In this document: piece after piece, positions 37,557-46,954 of the stretch
How the letters are laid out: each line of letters starts with the position of its first letter
How positions within the stretch are numbered: the stretch's first letter is position 1
Assembly: GCA_044342325.1 (NCBI GenBank)
Contig: JBIIPZ010000004.1
Coordinates: 1-64,000 of the forward strand
Source of the DNA: Terrimicrobiaceae bacterium
GTDB taxonomy: Bacteria; Verrucomicrobiota; Verrucomicrobiia; Chthoniobacterales; Terrimicrobiaceae
Length of the DNA: 64,000 nucleotides
Reading direction: 5' to 3'
The notes under the pieces: generated by a model
Told to the model about the DNA's origin: nothing
What the model saw: only the letters and a program-made list of their open reading frames with translations
Database searches by the model: none
Program-made: the position numbers and the translations under genes

Positions 37557-37727
37557 CTTGGGATGATTCTTCACTGCCCGCGTCGGGGGCACAAGAGGGA
37601 TGCGCGCATCCGGCGAGGGCTAGCAGCAAAGGGTCTCGAGAACGGCTCGCATATCGCATTTGCGAAAGCCTCGACCATACATTTTGTAGAGGGCGTTGAC
37701 GGACTGGCGCACCTCGGCGCCGCTTAC
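37557..37727 (-). pseudogene. Degenerate duplicate of the 3' end of gene 38857-39714
   Basis: Reads VSGAEVRQSVNALYKMYGRGFRKCDMRAVLETLCC*PSPDARIPLVPPT versus VSGAEVCQVVNALYKMYGRSFRKQDMQAVFETLKNYPPPHTRIPLVPPT. 26/27 nt identical at 37675 and 38975. Confidence 0.88.
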
Positions 37728-37839
37728 GGGAGTTTTCCGTAATGCGACAGCCCGCACGAAGCATCCGATTGAAGTTGCAGCACGAAGGGTAGCCAAGAAG
37801 AAGATTGGCTGTCGGGGATGCTCGCGCAGATGGTCCCAG

Positions 37840-38766
37840 CTACCCGAGAAGCTTGGCGCGGGCGTCTTTCTCGCTCAGACCACCAGCGACAAGCATCGAA
37901 ATGGCTTTCTCGATCACCGCGTCTTTTTCTGTGAGAGCAGCGTCTTTCTCGGCAAGGGCAGCGTCTTTCTCCGCAAGAGCGGCGCTTTTTTCTGCGAGGG
38001 CTGCATTTGTTTCCGCGACTAGGCGTTCCATGTCCTCGAGGTCTTCGAGGTAGTCGTCCTCGACCTCCATCGTTTCGCGCACATCGGGTTCGCTGATGGC
38101 TTTGATCAGGCGGCGGATGACTCCGTGGAATTTCTCTGGGTAATCTTCCTCTCGAATGCTGAGCGTGTGGGCGTCGGCGGGATCTTTCTGGCTTTGGTCG
38201 AAGATTCCGAGCAGGGATTCCAGATCATTTTGGCGGCGCTGCTTGAGGTGGGGAATTTGCACGATGATGCTGTCGTGGGTGAGGCTCTCGATGAAGTCCT
38301 CTTGGTGTGCAATTTGTTCTCGGCCGGTGGCGTCAAGATACTGACGGACGACTCGGATCACCGGTGATTCGGTATGCTCGAGCGAATGCCCGAGCAGGTA
38401 GATGCTCAGGATCGGCATGGCGCGCAGTTCGCCATCGACCATGTAGGAATTCTCCTTCGAGAGGTATTGCCGACCGAGATATTTGCGAAAGCGCATGATG
38501 TCGGACGCAAATTTCGCCTTCTGGATTTCAATGATGACGAGCTTTTCTCCGCCGTTGGGCAGTGCGATACGGGCCGAGAAATCGATCCGGAACACCGTGA
38601 CATTGCGTTGCTCGACATCGGTGCGGTGCTCGGTCGGACGAAACGTCAACTCCACAATCTCCTCACCGATCATCGTCGAGAGAAAAAGCCGAGCGACCCG
38701 GTTGTCGTCCAGTAGGTATTTGAACGCTCCGTCGTAAATTGGATTGGCGATGCGCGTTAAGCCCAT
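37840..38766 (-). CDS. Rpn/PD-(D/E)XK nuclease-family protein with C-terminal heptad repeats
   Basis: ANPIYDGAFKYLL, RIDF...IIEIQK, RFRKYLG; AALAEKD repeats. Confidence 0.8.
   Translation of the reverse strand: MGLTRIANPIYDGAFKYLLDDNRVARLFLSTMIGEEIVELTFRPTEHRTDVEQRNVTVFRIDFSARIALPNGGEKLVIIEIQKAKFASDIMRFRKYLGRQYLSKENSYMVDGELRAMPILSIYLLGHSLEHTESPVIRVVRQYLDATGREQIAHQEDFIESLTHDSIIVQIPHLKQRRQNDLESLLGIFDQSQKDPADAHTLSIREEDYPEKFHGVIRRLIKAISEPDVRETMEVEDDYLEDLEDMERLVAETNAALAEKSAALAEKDAALAEKDAALTEKDAVIEKAISMLVAGGLSEKDARAKLLG
37905..38020 (-). repeat. Imperfect 21-bp coding tandem repeat (about 5 copies)
   Basis: Encodes AETNAAL-AEKSAAL-AEKDAAL-AEKDAAL-TEKDAVI-EK. Confidence 0.8.
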
Positions 38767-38856
38767 AGAGCCAACCTCGCCCTCAAGACACGGGCAGGTC
38801 AAGTCAAAGGACTATCCAAAGAAAGAGGCGAGAGGTCTCCCGCAGACAAGCAGACC

Positions 38857-39714
38857 TTATTTGGGATTCTTCAGCTCGCTTGTGGGCGGCACGAGTGGGA
38901 TGCGGGTATGCGGCGGTGGGTAGTTTTTGAGGGTTTCGAAGACGGCTTGCATGTCCTGTTTCCGGAAGCTGCGGCCATACATTTTATAGAGGGCGTTGAC
39001 GACCTGGCACACCTCCGCGCCGCTGACAAATTCCTCCTGCTCCCTGCCGATGCGGCGCAGCATGAGGCAGAGGGGGATGGGTTTCGGGCCGTTATCCTGG
39101 TCGATGACTTGCGGGTCGCGGAAATCCGGTTGCCAGTAGTCCACAAGCTCGGGGTCTACCATTTTGTATCCGGCCTTCTCATAAGCGGTGAGACGGATTT
39201 CTGTTGCGGCGTGGCTGGGGTTGAAATGCTCCATCTCGCCGACCAGCGTCACAGGGGCATCAATCGGACGGCCTGCCGCCGCGAGGGCCTCAAGCGCGGT
39301 CGAGACTGGTAGGGCACGGAGCCAGCCGGCGATGCCGCTGCGCCTCCATGCGGGGGCGACCAGATTATGGGCCAAGTGGACGATGGCACCGGGCTCCTCT
39401 GCGAGGAGGATGGCTGTTTGGTCCCTCACCGCAACAAACTCGCCGTTGTGGGTGATGACTTGCATGGCATAAAGTAGAGCGGCTTCGTCGTGAATTTGCG
39501 AGGGATGCCATTTCATTCGCTCGGCAATAACTTCCTCCTGCTCCATTTCGCCTGCTGCACCGAATTCCTTCCAGAGCGCTCCGAAGGCGGTTTCGAAAAA
39601 CAGATCGTCCGTGGAGCGGATCGTGTGCAATTCCAGTCCGCTCCAATCGCCTTGCAGGCTTTTGGTATCGCCCGGAGCGAGGTGCTCCGGTCGCATCCAT
39701 GGCTGGAGGTTCAT
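38857..39714 (-). CDS. Hypothetical protein, possibly GNAT-like
   Basis: LVAPAWRRSGIA resembles the acetyl-CoA motif A; YEKAGY; 1-bp overlap with the upstream ABC gene. Confidence 0.6.
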   Translation of the reverse strand: MNLQPWMRPEHLAPGDTKSLQGDWSGLELHTIRSTDDLFFETAFGALWKEFGAAGEMEQEEVIAERMKWHPSQIHDEAALLYAMQVITHNGEFVAVRDQTAILLAEEPGAIVHLAHNLVAPAWRRSGIAGWLRALPVSTALEALAAAGRPIDAPVTLVGEMEHFNPSHAATEIRLTAYEKAGYKMVDPELVDYWQPDFRDPQVIDQDNGPKPIPLCLMLRRIGREQEEFVSGAEVCQVVNALYKMYGRSFRKQDMQAVFETLKNYPPPHTRIPLVPPTSELKNPK

Positions 39715-41546
39715 TACACAGTCACCGAGGGGGCAGGGCCCTCGCTGTGGTGGAATTGGAGTTCATAGAGGCTGCGGTAGAGGTCGGATTTCACGAGGAG
39801 TTCCTCATGGCGGCCGGTGGCTGCGATACGGCCGTGGTCCATGACGACGATGCAGTCGGATTTGAGAATGGTCGAGAGGCGGTGGGCGATGGCGACCACG
39901 GTGCGGCCCTCGGAGAGGCGTTCCAGCGCGGCCTGGACCATGCGCTCGCTTTCGGAGTCGAGTGCGGATGTGGCCTCGTCGAGGAGCAGGACGGGTGCGT
40001 TCTTGAGCAGGGCGCGGGCGATGGCCAGGCGTTGCTGCTGTCCACCGCTGAGCATGCAGCCCTTGTCGCCGACGATGGTTTCGTAGCCGTCTGGTTGGGC
40101 CATGATGAAGTCGTGCGCGAAGGCGGATTTGGCGGCGGCGATGACCTCGTCCTTGGTCGCATCGAGCCGTCCGTAGCGGATGTTCTCAAAAATCGTGTCG
40201 TGGAACAAAAAGGTCTCCTGCGTGACCATGCCAACTTGCTCGCGGAGCGAGTGCTGGGCGAGGTCGCGGAGATCGGTGCCATCGAGACGCACCACGCCGT
40301 GTTGGGGATCGTAGAACCGCATGATGAGCGAGAGAATCGTGCTCTTGCCCGCTCCGCTTGCTCCTACCAGTGCGTATTTTTTCCCCTGCTCGATATGGAG
40401 GGTTACATTTTGAACGGCGGCTTTATCCGTGCCGTAATCGAAGCTTACATTTTCCAAATCGATGCGACCTTCGCAATGCGTGAGAACGTTGGCGCCAGGC
40501 TTGTCCGTGATGCTTGGCGTCATGCTCATGAGAGAAAAAACATTCTCTGCCGAGACCATCGACTTTTGCATAAGCATCGGAATGCGGCTGAGATTTTTCA
40601 CGGGGTTGTAGAGCATGAAAATTCCCCCGCAGAGGGCGGCGAATTTGATGAAACTGATGTCGTAATAGTAGACATAGATCATGGCCAAAACGACCCCGAA
40701 GGCTGCGACGGATTCGATGAGGGGCTGGACGATGTCGGAACTTCTGCGCACTCGAAGGCTGTTGCGGCATTGGGTGTCGCTGGATTTCGCAAATTGCGCG
40801 GTCTGGTAGTCCTCGCGGGCAAAGCTTTTGATGACTCTGACGCCTGCAAAAGTTTCTTGGAGGATGATCGACATTTGCGCCGCTTCTTTTTCCTCCGCCT
40901 TGCCCGCCGAACGCACTTTGCGTCCAAAAACAACGACTGGAATAATGCAGAGTGGGAAAAGAACCAGCGTGGTGAGGCTGAATTTCCAATCAATCGCAAC
41001 CAGCACGCCGACTTGCGTGAGAATAGCAATCGGATCCTTGATAATATCTCCAGAGATCGAGGTGAGTGCGTTTTGCGTGACGCGGGTGTCACTCATGACC
41101 CGCGACATGAGCTTGCCGGCCTTTTCGCGATTGAAAAAATCGAGCGACTGCGACATCAGACGAGAGAAAAGCTGGGTACGGATGTCGCGCAGAACACGCA
41201 GGCTGACCCACGCAAGATAATAGACATTCAGGTAGGAAAAAAGCCCGCGCAGAACCATAACCAGAGGGATGAGCAGGCTTATCCAGATCACCCCCTCGAT
41301 ACCAGGGCCGTCGTTCGAGATCGCCCCCGGCACAAGGGCTGATTTGTCGACTTTGACGCCGATGGATTCCCCGGCCTTCAGGATGACCAGTGTCAACGAT
41401 CCACTCACGATGCCAGCGAGCACGCCAAAGAGAATGCCAAGAAAAAACCGCCTCCTATAGGGCTTCATGTATCCGAGCAAGCGCAGATACGGACTCCAAA
41501 AGGCCCGCAGCAGTTGCGGGAAGGGAAGCTTGGCAGGTTTAGACAT
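39714..41546 (-). CDS. MsbA-like ABC exporter (TMD plus NBD)
   Basis: GKLMSRVMSD, GASGAGKST, LSGGQQQR, LDEATSALD, AHRLST. Confidence 0.9.
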   Translation of the reverse strand: MSKPAKLPFPQLLRAFWSPYLRLLGYMKPYRRRFFLGILFGVLAGIVSGSLTLVILKAGESIGVKVDKSALVPGAISNDGPGIEGVIWISLLIPLVMVLRGLFSYLNVYYLAWVSLRVLRDIRTQLFSRLMSQSLDFFNREKAGKLMSRVMSDTRVTQNALTSISGDIIKDPIAILTQVGVLVAIDWKFSLTTLVLFPLCIIPVVVFGRKVRSAGKAEEKEAAQMSIILQETFAGVRVIKSFAREDYQTAQFAKSSDTQCRNSLRVRRSSDIVQPLIESVAAFGVVLAMIYVYYYDISFIKFAALCGGIFMLYNPVKNLSRIPMLMQKSMVSAENVFSLMSMTPSITDKPGANVLTHCEGRIDLENVSFDYGTDKAAVQNVTLHIEQGKKYALVGASGAGKSTILSLIMRFYDPQHGVVRLDGTDLRDLAQHSLREQVGMVTQETFLFHDTIFENIRYGRLDATKDEVIAAAKSAFAHDFIMAQPDGYETIVGDKGCMLSGGQQQRLAIARALLKNAPVLLLDEATSALDSESERMVQAALERLSEGRTVVAIAHRLSTILKSDCIVVMDHGRIAATGRHEELLVKSDLYRSLYELQFHHSEGPAPSVTV

Positions 41547-41607
41547 GGGATTTGTGCAAAACTAACGCAACCGCGTGCAGGTGCGCCACACTGATCATCG
41601 GGATGCG

Positions 41608-41639
41608 AAAAAGGCAGGGCATCGCTGCCCTGCCTTTTT
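41608..41639 (-). terminator. Intrinsic (bidirectional-type) terminator after rhaEW
   Basis: AAAAAGGCAGGGCA-TCGC-TGCCCTGCCTTTTT. Confidence 0.8.
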
Positions 41640-41660
41640 GAGTTGGGATTTTTCCTTGGG

Positions 41661-43889
41661 TTAACGCAGGAACGCCTCGTGCAGGCCGCCATCCACCGTC
41701 ACGATCTGTCCGGTTGTTTTGGACAGCCTATCGGCGATGAGGAGGAAGTAGGCTTCCGCCTGATCGGCCGGGGTGATGGGCGAGCGCGTGAGTGTGCGGT
41801 CGGCGTAGAACTGCGCGAGCTTGGTCGTAAGCGAATCGGTGGCTTCGTCGTCGGTGTAAGGAATGCCGTATTTTGCGAGCGAGCCGATGACGCGGTCGCG
41901 AGGGAACATGGCGCTGCCTTGAACGACTGTGGCCGGGGCGACGCCGTTGACACGCACGAGCGGGGCGAGTTCCATCGCGAGTTCGCGCACGAGGTGGTTC
42001 GCGGCAGCCTTTGAGGTGTCGTAGGCAACGCTGCCTTTCTTGGCGACGGCGGCGTTTGCGCTCGTGGTGAGAACCATCGATCCGCGCAGGCCTTGGGCTT
42101 TAAAGTCCTTCGAGGCTTCGTCGGCGACGAGGTAGCTGCCGGTGACATTGATATTGAAGGTAAGCGCCCACTTGTCGTCGGGGATGTGCCCAGTCGTGTC
42201 GCTTGGCACAAAAATGCCGGCTGTGACGGCTATGGAATCGAATCCGCCGTAGGCAAGGATGACTTGGTTGAGCATGGCGCGGATGCTTTCGCGCTTGGTG
42301 ACATCCGCCTGCAGGCCGATGGCCGATCCGCAGCCTGAGATGCCGGTTCCGGCGACACCGATTCCGAGGCCGGTTTTGGCGAGGATTTCATCCGCCGTGG
42401 CTTGTGCCGCTGCTTGGTTGAGATCTACGCAAACGATGTGCGCGCCCTCGCGAACGAGGCGCAGGGCGGTTTCGCGGCCGATACCACTGCCGGCACCGAT
42501 CACTATGACAACACGGCCGGCAAGTTCTTTGTCCGCTGGCATGCGGCGGAGTTTGGCCTCTTCAAGGGCCCAGTATTCGATATCGAATGCCTCTTGGGCT
42601 GGAAGCGAGATATAGCCACCGAGAGCCTCGGCGCCGCGCATGACTTCGACCGCGCAGTTGTAGAATTCGGCCGTGACGCGGGATTCCGATTTGTCTTTTC
42701 CAAATGCCACCATCCCGAGGCCGGCGATGAGAATGACGGTTGGGTTCGGGTCGCGCATGGCGGGAGAATCGGCCCGCTTGCAGGCATTGTAATAGTCGGC
42801 GTAGTCGGCGCGGTATTTCTCGAGACCCGCGGCGAGTTGGGTTTTCAGCGAGGCGACGATCTCGTCCACTGGCGTGTCCGCCTTGGGAGCGGTGCCGATG
42901 TAGAGGGGCTTGATCTTGGTGCGCAGGAAGTGGTCGGGGCAGCTGGTGCCAAGCTCGGCAAGGCGCGGGGCGTCCTTCGAGTTCACAAAGCGCAGGATTT
43001 TTTCGTTATCTTGGATTGTCGCGATGAAGCGTTTCTTTTGGCTCACCTGGCCGCGAAGCCATGGCAGCAGGGCGGCGAAGACCTCGCGGCGTTTTTCCTC
43101 GGGCAGGGCGGCTTGGACGGCTCCGCCGAAAATAGAGGCCTCGCCGCCGCGTTCAGCCTGCTTTTTCTCAATATGCTCGGCAGCTTTTTCGATCAGTTCC
43201 AGAGTGAGTTCGTAGCACTCGCGGCCGGTTTTTCCCCAGTTGATGAGGCCGTGCTGGCCCATGATGAAGCCTTTGGCTTGCGGATGATTTTTGCAGGCTT
43301 CCTGCATGGCGAGTCCGAGTTCGAAGCCTGGGCGCATCCAAGGAATATGCACGACATCGTCGCCGTAGATTTCCTTCGTCACCTCGACGCTCTTCGCGCA
43401 GGCGGCCACGGAAATGGCGGCGTTCGGGTGTGTGTGGTCCACATGGGCGTGCGGGATGAAGCTGTGGAGCGGCGTGTCGATCGAGGAGGGGCGGGGATTC
43501 AGGTTGAAGGTGCAATGCGAGAACATGCCGACCATTTCGTCTTCGGCGGGCGATTTCAGGCCTTTCTCGGTGCGGGCGGCATAGACGCGCTGGAGATCGA
43601 GGAGTTTGGATTGGTAGAGGGAGGAGAAGTTTTCTTTCTTCGATGTCCGCAAGTCGCCGCCGGAGCCCTTCACCCACATCACTTCGACCATCTCGCCGGT
43701 CAGCGGGTCTTTTTCGGAAATCTTGGACGAGGTGTTGCCTCCGCCGGTGTTGGTGATCCGCTGGTCGGTGCCGAGGCAATTCGAGCGGTGAATGAGTTCT
43801 TCCACGGAATCCGGCGCGACGGGGTCTGCGGGATTCCAGTGCATGGTGACATGTTTCATGTTGGATGGGGTGGGGCTTGTTGTTGGCAT
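41661..43889 (-). CDS. rhaEW: Bifunctional rhamnulose-1-phosphate aldolase / lactaldehyde dehydrogenase (class II aldolase plus SDR)
   Basis: GGGNTSSK, KGSGGDL, SIDTPLH, HTHP, CPDHFLRTK, EYWALEEAKL, GAGSGIG, YDTSK. Confidence 0.92.
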   Translation of the reverse strand: MPTTSPTPSNMKHVTMHWNPADPVAPDSVEELIHRSNCLGTDQRITNTGGGNTSSKISEKDPLTGEMVEVMWVKGSGGDLRTSKKENFSSLYQSKLLDLQRVYAARTEKGLKSPAEDEMVGMFSHCTFNLNPRPSSIDTPLHSFIPHAHVDHTHPNAAISVAACAKSVEVTKEIYGDDVVHIPWMRPGFELGLAMQEACKNHPQAKGFIMGQHGLINWGKTGRECYELTLELIEKAAEHIEKKQAERGGEASIFGGAVQAALPEEKRREVFAALLPWLRGQVSQKKRFIATIQDNEKILRFVNSKDAPRLAELGTSCPDHFLRTKIKPLYIGTAPKADTPVDEIVASLKTQLAAGLEKYRADYADYYNACKRADSPAMRDPNPTVILIAGLGMVAFGKDKSESRVTAEFYNCAVEVMRGAEALGGYISLPAQEAFDIEYWALEEAKLRRMPADKELAGRVVIVIGAGSGIGRETALRLVREGAHIVCVDLNQAAAQATADEILAKTGLGIGVAGTGISGCGSAIGLQADVTKRESIRAMLNQVILAYGGFDSIAVTAGIFVPSDTTGHIPDDKWALTFNINVTGSYLVADEASKDFKAQGLRGSMVLTTSANAAVAKKGSVAYDTSKAAANHLVRELAMELAPLVRVNGVAPATVVQGSAMFPRDRVIGSLAKYGIPYTDDEATDSLTTKLAQFYADRTLTRSPITPADQAEAYFLLIADRLSKTTGQIVTVDGGLHEAFLR

Positions 43890-43956
43890 TGGTTTTGTTT
43901 ATGTTGTTTTTTTATTGTTTGTCGAATAAAAAAGGATTTAAACAAAGAAAAAACCA
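43890..43956. promoter_or_regulatory. Divergent promoter region with AAACAA direct repeats (putative DeoR operator)
   Basis: Very AT-rich 67-bp gap; the - strand reads AAACAATAAAAAACAACATAAACAAAACCA-ATG. Confidence 0.45.
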
Positions 43957-44718
43957 ATGCTCGCTCTGGAACGCCATCGCAAATTAATCGAATGTCTGAA
44001 CGCCCGAGGCAGCGTGCGAACCGCTGAGGTCGCCACCGAACTCGGCGTGACAGAAGAAACCGTGCGCCGTGATTTCGAGCGCCTAGAAACGGATGGTCAA
44101 CTCGTGCGCACGCATGGCGGGGCTTTGCGATTGGATGTGAGTCGGCGGGAGTTCCCCATGCGCGAGCGCATGGCGCAGAATGCCTCCGCTAAGGCGCGCA
44201 TCGCCCGTGCCGCACTGGCCCGCGTGGCCGAGGGAAGCACGGTTTTTTTCGATGCCAGCACCACAGTTCTCCAACTGGCAGCAATTCTTCCCGACAAGCC
44301 GCTCACGGTGATCACGAACTCGCTCCAAGTCGCCCTTTCCCTGGCAGAAAAAAATCACATTTCCGTTTGTCTTCTCGGCGGTCGCTTGGCGCAGTCTTCG
44401 CTTTCCTGCACTGGTTGGGCTGCTATGCAGGGTCTTGAAATGAACCGCATCGACTCCGCTTTTATCTCATGCCGTGGACTCGACCCCGCGCTCGGGCTCA
44501 GCGACGCCACTGAGGAGCAGGCCCAACTCAAAAGGCAGGTTGTTCTGAGAGCCTCTGAGGTCGTTCTTTTGGCCGATCAGACGAAAGCCGGCTTGTCCTC
44601 GAGTTTTTTCTTCGCCAAAAATTCCGATGTGGATTTTTGGATCACTGATTTCCCCCCGCAGGATGATGTGCGCGATGCTGTCGTTTCACAGGGAGTGCGC
44701 TTGGAGGTGGCAGAATGA
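43957..44718 (+). CDS. DeoR/GlpR-family regulator
   Basis: VTEETVRRD, RTHGGA, FFDASTT, VITNS. Confidence 0.93.
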   Translation: MLALERHRKLIECLNARGSVRTAEVATELGVTEETVRRDFERLETDGQLVRTHGGALRLDVSRREFPMRERMAQNASAKARIARAALARVAEGSTVFFDASTTVLQLAAILPDKPLTVITNSLQVALSLAEKNHISVCLLGGRLAQSSLSCTGWAAMQGLEMNRIDSAFISCRGLDPALGLSDATEEQAQLKRQVVLRASEVVLLADQTKAGLSSSFFFAKNSDVDFWITDFPPQDDVRDAVVSQGVRLEVAE

Positions 44719-46199
44719 GTGCCGCCAGTAAAACCTTTCTGGCTGTCGATCTGGGCGCTTCAGGTGGCCGCGTGATGGCTGGACATTTCGATGGATCCCG
44801 ACTCGAAATCGAAGAGGGCGCGCGATTTCCGAACAGTGGCATGCAAACAGCCGACGGGTGGCATTGGGATGCGGAGGGTCTTTTTAAGGAAATCACACAG
44901 GGCCTCGCTGCCGCCGGCGCGCGTTTCGGGGGTAATATCGTCTCCGTGGCGGTTGATACTTGGGGAGTGGATTACGCATTGATCGGGCCGGAGGGCACGG
45001 CTCTTAACGAACCTTGGATGTATCGGGATTCGCGCACGGATGGCATGATTTCCGAAGCTGCCCGCCTCGTCGGCGAAGAAAAAATCTGGAACCGCACGGG
45101 GATTCAGCCGCTGTTCTTTAATACGATCTACCAGCTCATGGCTGAGTCCAGGCTGACGCCGCAGGTATTAAAACAAGCGCAGAGCCTGCTTTTCATGCCA
45201 GATTACCTGAATTACCGGCTTTGTGGCGTGAGGGCCATCGAGCGGACCATCGCGAGCACATCTGGCCTCCTCCGTGCGGGCACGGCGGAATGGGATGCCG
45301 AACTGGCCGAAACACTCGGAATCCCCGCTCACATTTTGGGCAAAGTCACCGAACCGGGCGTCATTCTTGGTGAACTCACCGAATCCCTCGCCGCTGCTGC
45401 CGGCCTGCGAGGCGTGAAAGTATCCACCTGCGGAAGCCACGACACCGCGTCGGCCGTGGCTGGCGTGCCATCGCGCTCCAATCCGCTCTTTTTGAGCTCC
45501 GGCACCTGGTCGCTTTTAGGAATCGAGTTAGCAGCCCCAGTCCTCAGCCAAGAAGCCTTTGACGCGAAATTCTCCAACGAGCAAGGCCTCGAGGGCACCA
45601 CGCGCTTCTTGACCAATATCGCAGGCATGTGGCTCCTCCAGGAATGCCGCCGCGTCTGGGCTGAGCAGGGGCATGCGATGGAGTATGGCGAAATGGTCGA
45701 AATGGCTCGAAATGCCAGCGCCGTAGCATTGATTGATCCCGATGCAGCAGAGTTTGGCAAACCCTGCGATATGCCACAGGCCATTTTGGACTGGATCAAA
45801 AAAACGAACCAACCCACCCCGGCATCCAAGGCCGAAATCATCCGCGTCATCCTGGAGAGCCTCGCCGTTAAATACAGCCTGATGATTCAGAGGTTGAAAA
45901 ACATGATCCCGGACCTGCCGGACACCCTTCAAATCGTCGGCGGAGGCTGCCGCAATGCATTGCTCAATCAAATGACCGCTGACGCCACCGGTCTCCGCGT
46001 GGAAGCAGGCCCCGTCGAGGCAACGGCTTCAGGCAACATCATCGCACAGCTCATCGCCACCGGAGAAATCAAATCCCTCGCCGAGGGACGCGAAATTTTG
46101 CGCAATTCCTGCAATCCTCAAATCCACGAGCCTGTTCGCAGCGTAACATGGTCTGAGAAGGTTCAGCGTTTCCTCCACATCCAATCAACACTTTCATGA
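44715..46199 (+). CDS. rhaB: Rhamnulokinase (FGGY family)
   Basis: DLGASGGR, DTWGVDY, YRDSRT, HDTASAV, SSGTWSL, GPVEAT. Confidence 0.9.
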   Translation: MSAASKTFLAVDLGASGGRVMAGHFDGSRLEIEEGARFPNSGMQTADGWHWDAEGLFKEITQGLAAAGARFGGNIVSVAVDTWGVDYALIGPEGTALNEPWMYRDSRTDGMISEAARLVGEEKIWNRTGIQPLFFNTIYQLMAESRLTPQVLKQAQSLLFMPDYLNYRLCGVRAIERTIASTSGLLRAGTAEWDAELAETLGIPAHILGKVTEPGVILGELTESLAAAAGLRGVKVSTCGSHDTASAVAGVPSRSNPLFLSSGTWSLLGIELAAPVLSQEAFDAKFSNEQGLEGTTRFLTNIAGMWLLQECRRVWAEQGHAMEYGEMVEMARNASAVALIDPDAAEFGKPCDMPQAILDWIKKTNQPTPASKAEIIRVILESLAVKYSLMIQRLKNMIPDLPDTLQIVGGGCRNALLNQMTADATGLRVEAGPVEATASGNIIAQLIATGEIKSLAEGREILRNSCNPQIHEPVRSVTWSEKVQRFLHIQSTLS

Positions 46200-46954
46200 C
46201 ACAAAGCCCCGCCCGCACCACTGGACGCACTGTTCAGCTCATGGCCACTTGCCTCTGCGATGCTTTTTTCGACGATGTAGCAAAAGCGACCGTCGAAGTG
46301 CTCGAACACGCCGGCTGCGAAGTCGAGTTCCCGGAGAACCAGACCTGCTGCGGCCAACCGGCCTTCAATTGTGGCGACTGGCCGGCCTCGCGCGAGGTCA
46401 TGCGCCACACCACGCGCGTGTTCGAGGGCGACAAGCCGGTCATCGTGCCATCCGGTTCCTGCGCCGCGATGCTCTTCCACGGCGCCCCGCTCGAGTTCGA
46501 AAAGGAAAAAGACCTCCCGACCGTGCAAAAACTCGCCAACCGCACTTGGGAGCTTGCCGATTTTCTCGTGAATGGCCTCGGCATCGAAAAATGGCCCGGT
46601 CGATTTCCGGCCCGCATCGCCTTTCACCGAGCCTGCCACACGCGCGGCACCGGCAGCGGCGAGGCGGCTTTGAAGCTCCTCCAGTCCATCAATGGACTCG
46701 AGGTCATTCCATTCGGCGAGGCCGAGCAGTGCTGCGGCTTTGGCGGCACATTCTCGGTAAGCTTCCCGCATGTTTCATCGTCTATGGGATGTCTTAAACT
46801 TGAGCACATGACAGCGGCCAATCCCGACTTTATAGTCTCCGGAGACATGAGTTGCCTCATGCACCTCGGCGGCTTGGCCGATCGCGGTGGGCAGCCGGTC
46901 AAAACACTCCACTTCGTGCAAATCCTCCAAAGCGCCCTCCACCGTCATGCCTGA
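46196..46954 (+). CDS. lutA: Lactate utilisation protein A (CCG domains)
   Basis: TCLCD, QTCCGQP, SGSC, CCGFGGTF. Confidence 0.88.
   Translation: MTQSPARTTGRTVQLMATCLCDAFFDDVAKATVEVLEHAGCEVEFPENQTCCGQPAFNCGDWPASREVMRHTTRVFEGDKPVIVPSGSCAAMLFHGAPLEFEKEKDLPTVQKLANRTWELADFLVNGLGIEKWPGRFPARIAFHRACHTRGTGSGEAALKLLQSINGLEVIPFGEAEQCCGFGGTFSVSFPHVSSSMGCLKLEHMTAANPDFIVSGDMSCLMHLGGLADRGGQPVKTLHFVQILQSALHRHA

Noticed and set aside
39699..44027. Long + strand ORFs of 547 aa and 541 aa
   Set aside because: They are antisense shadows of the MsbA-like gene and rhaEW, as expected in GC-rich DNA, and show no motifs.
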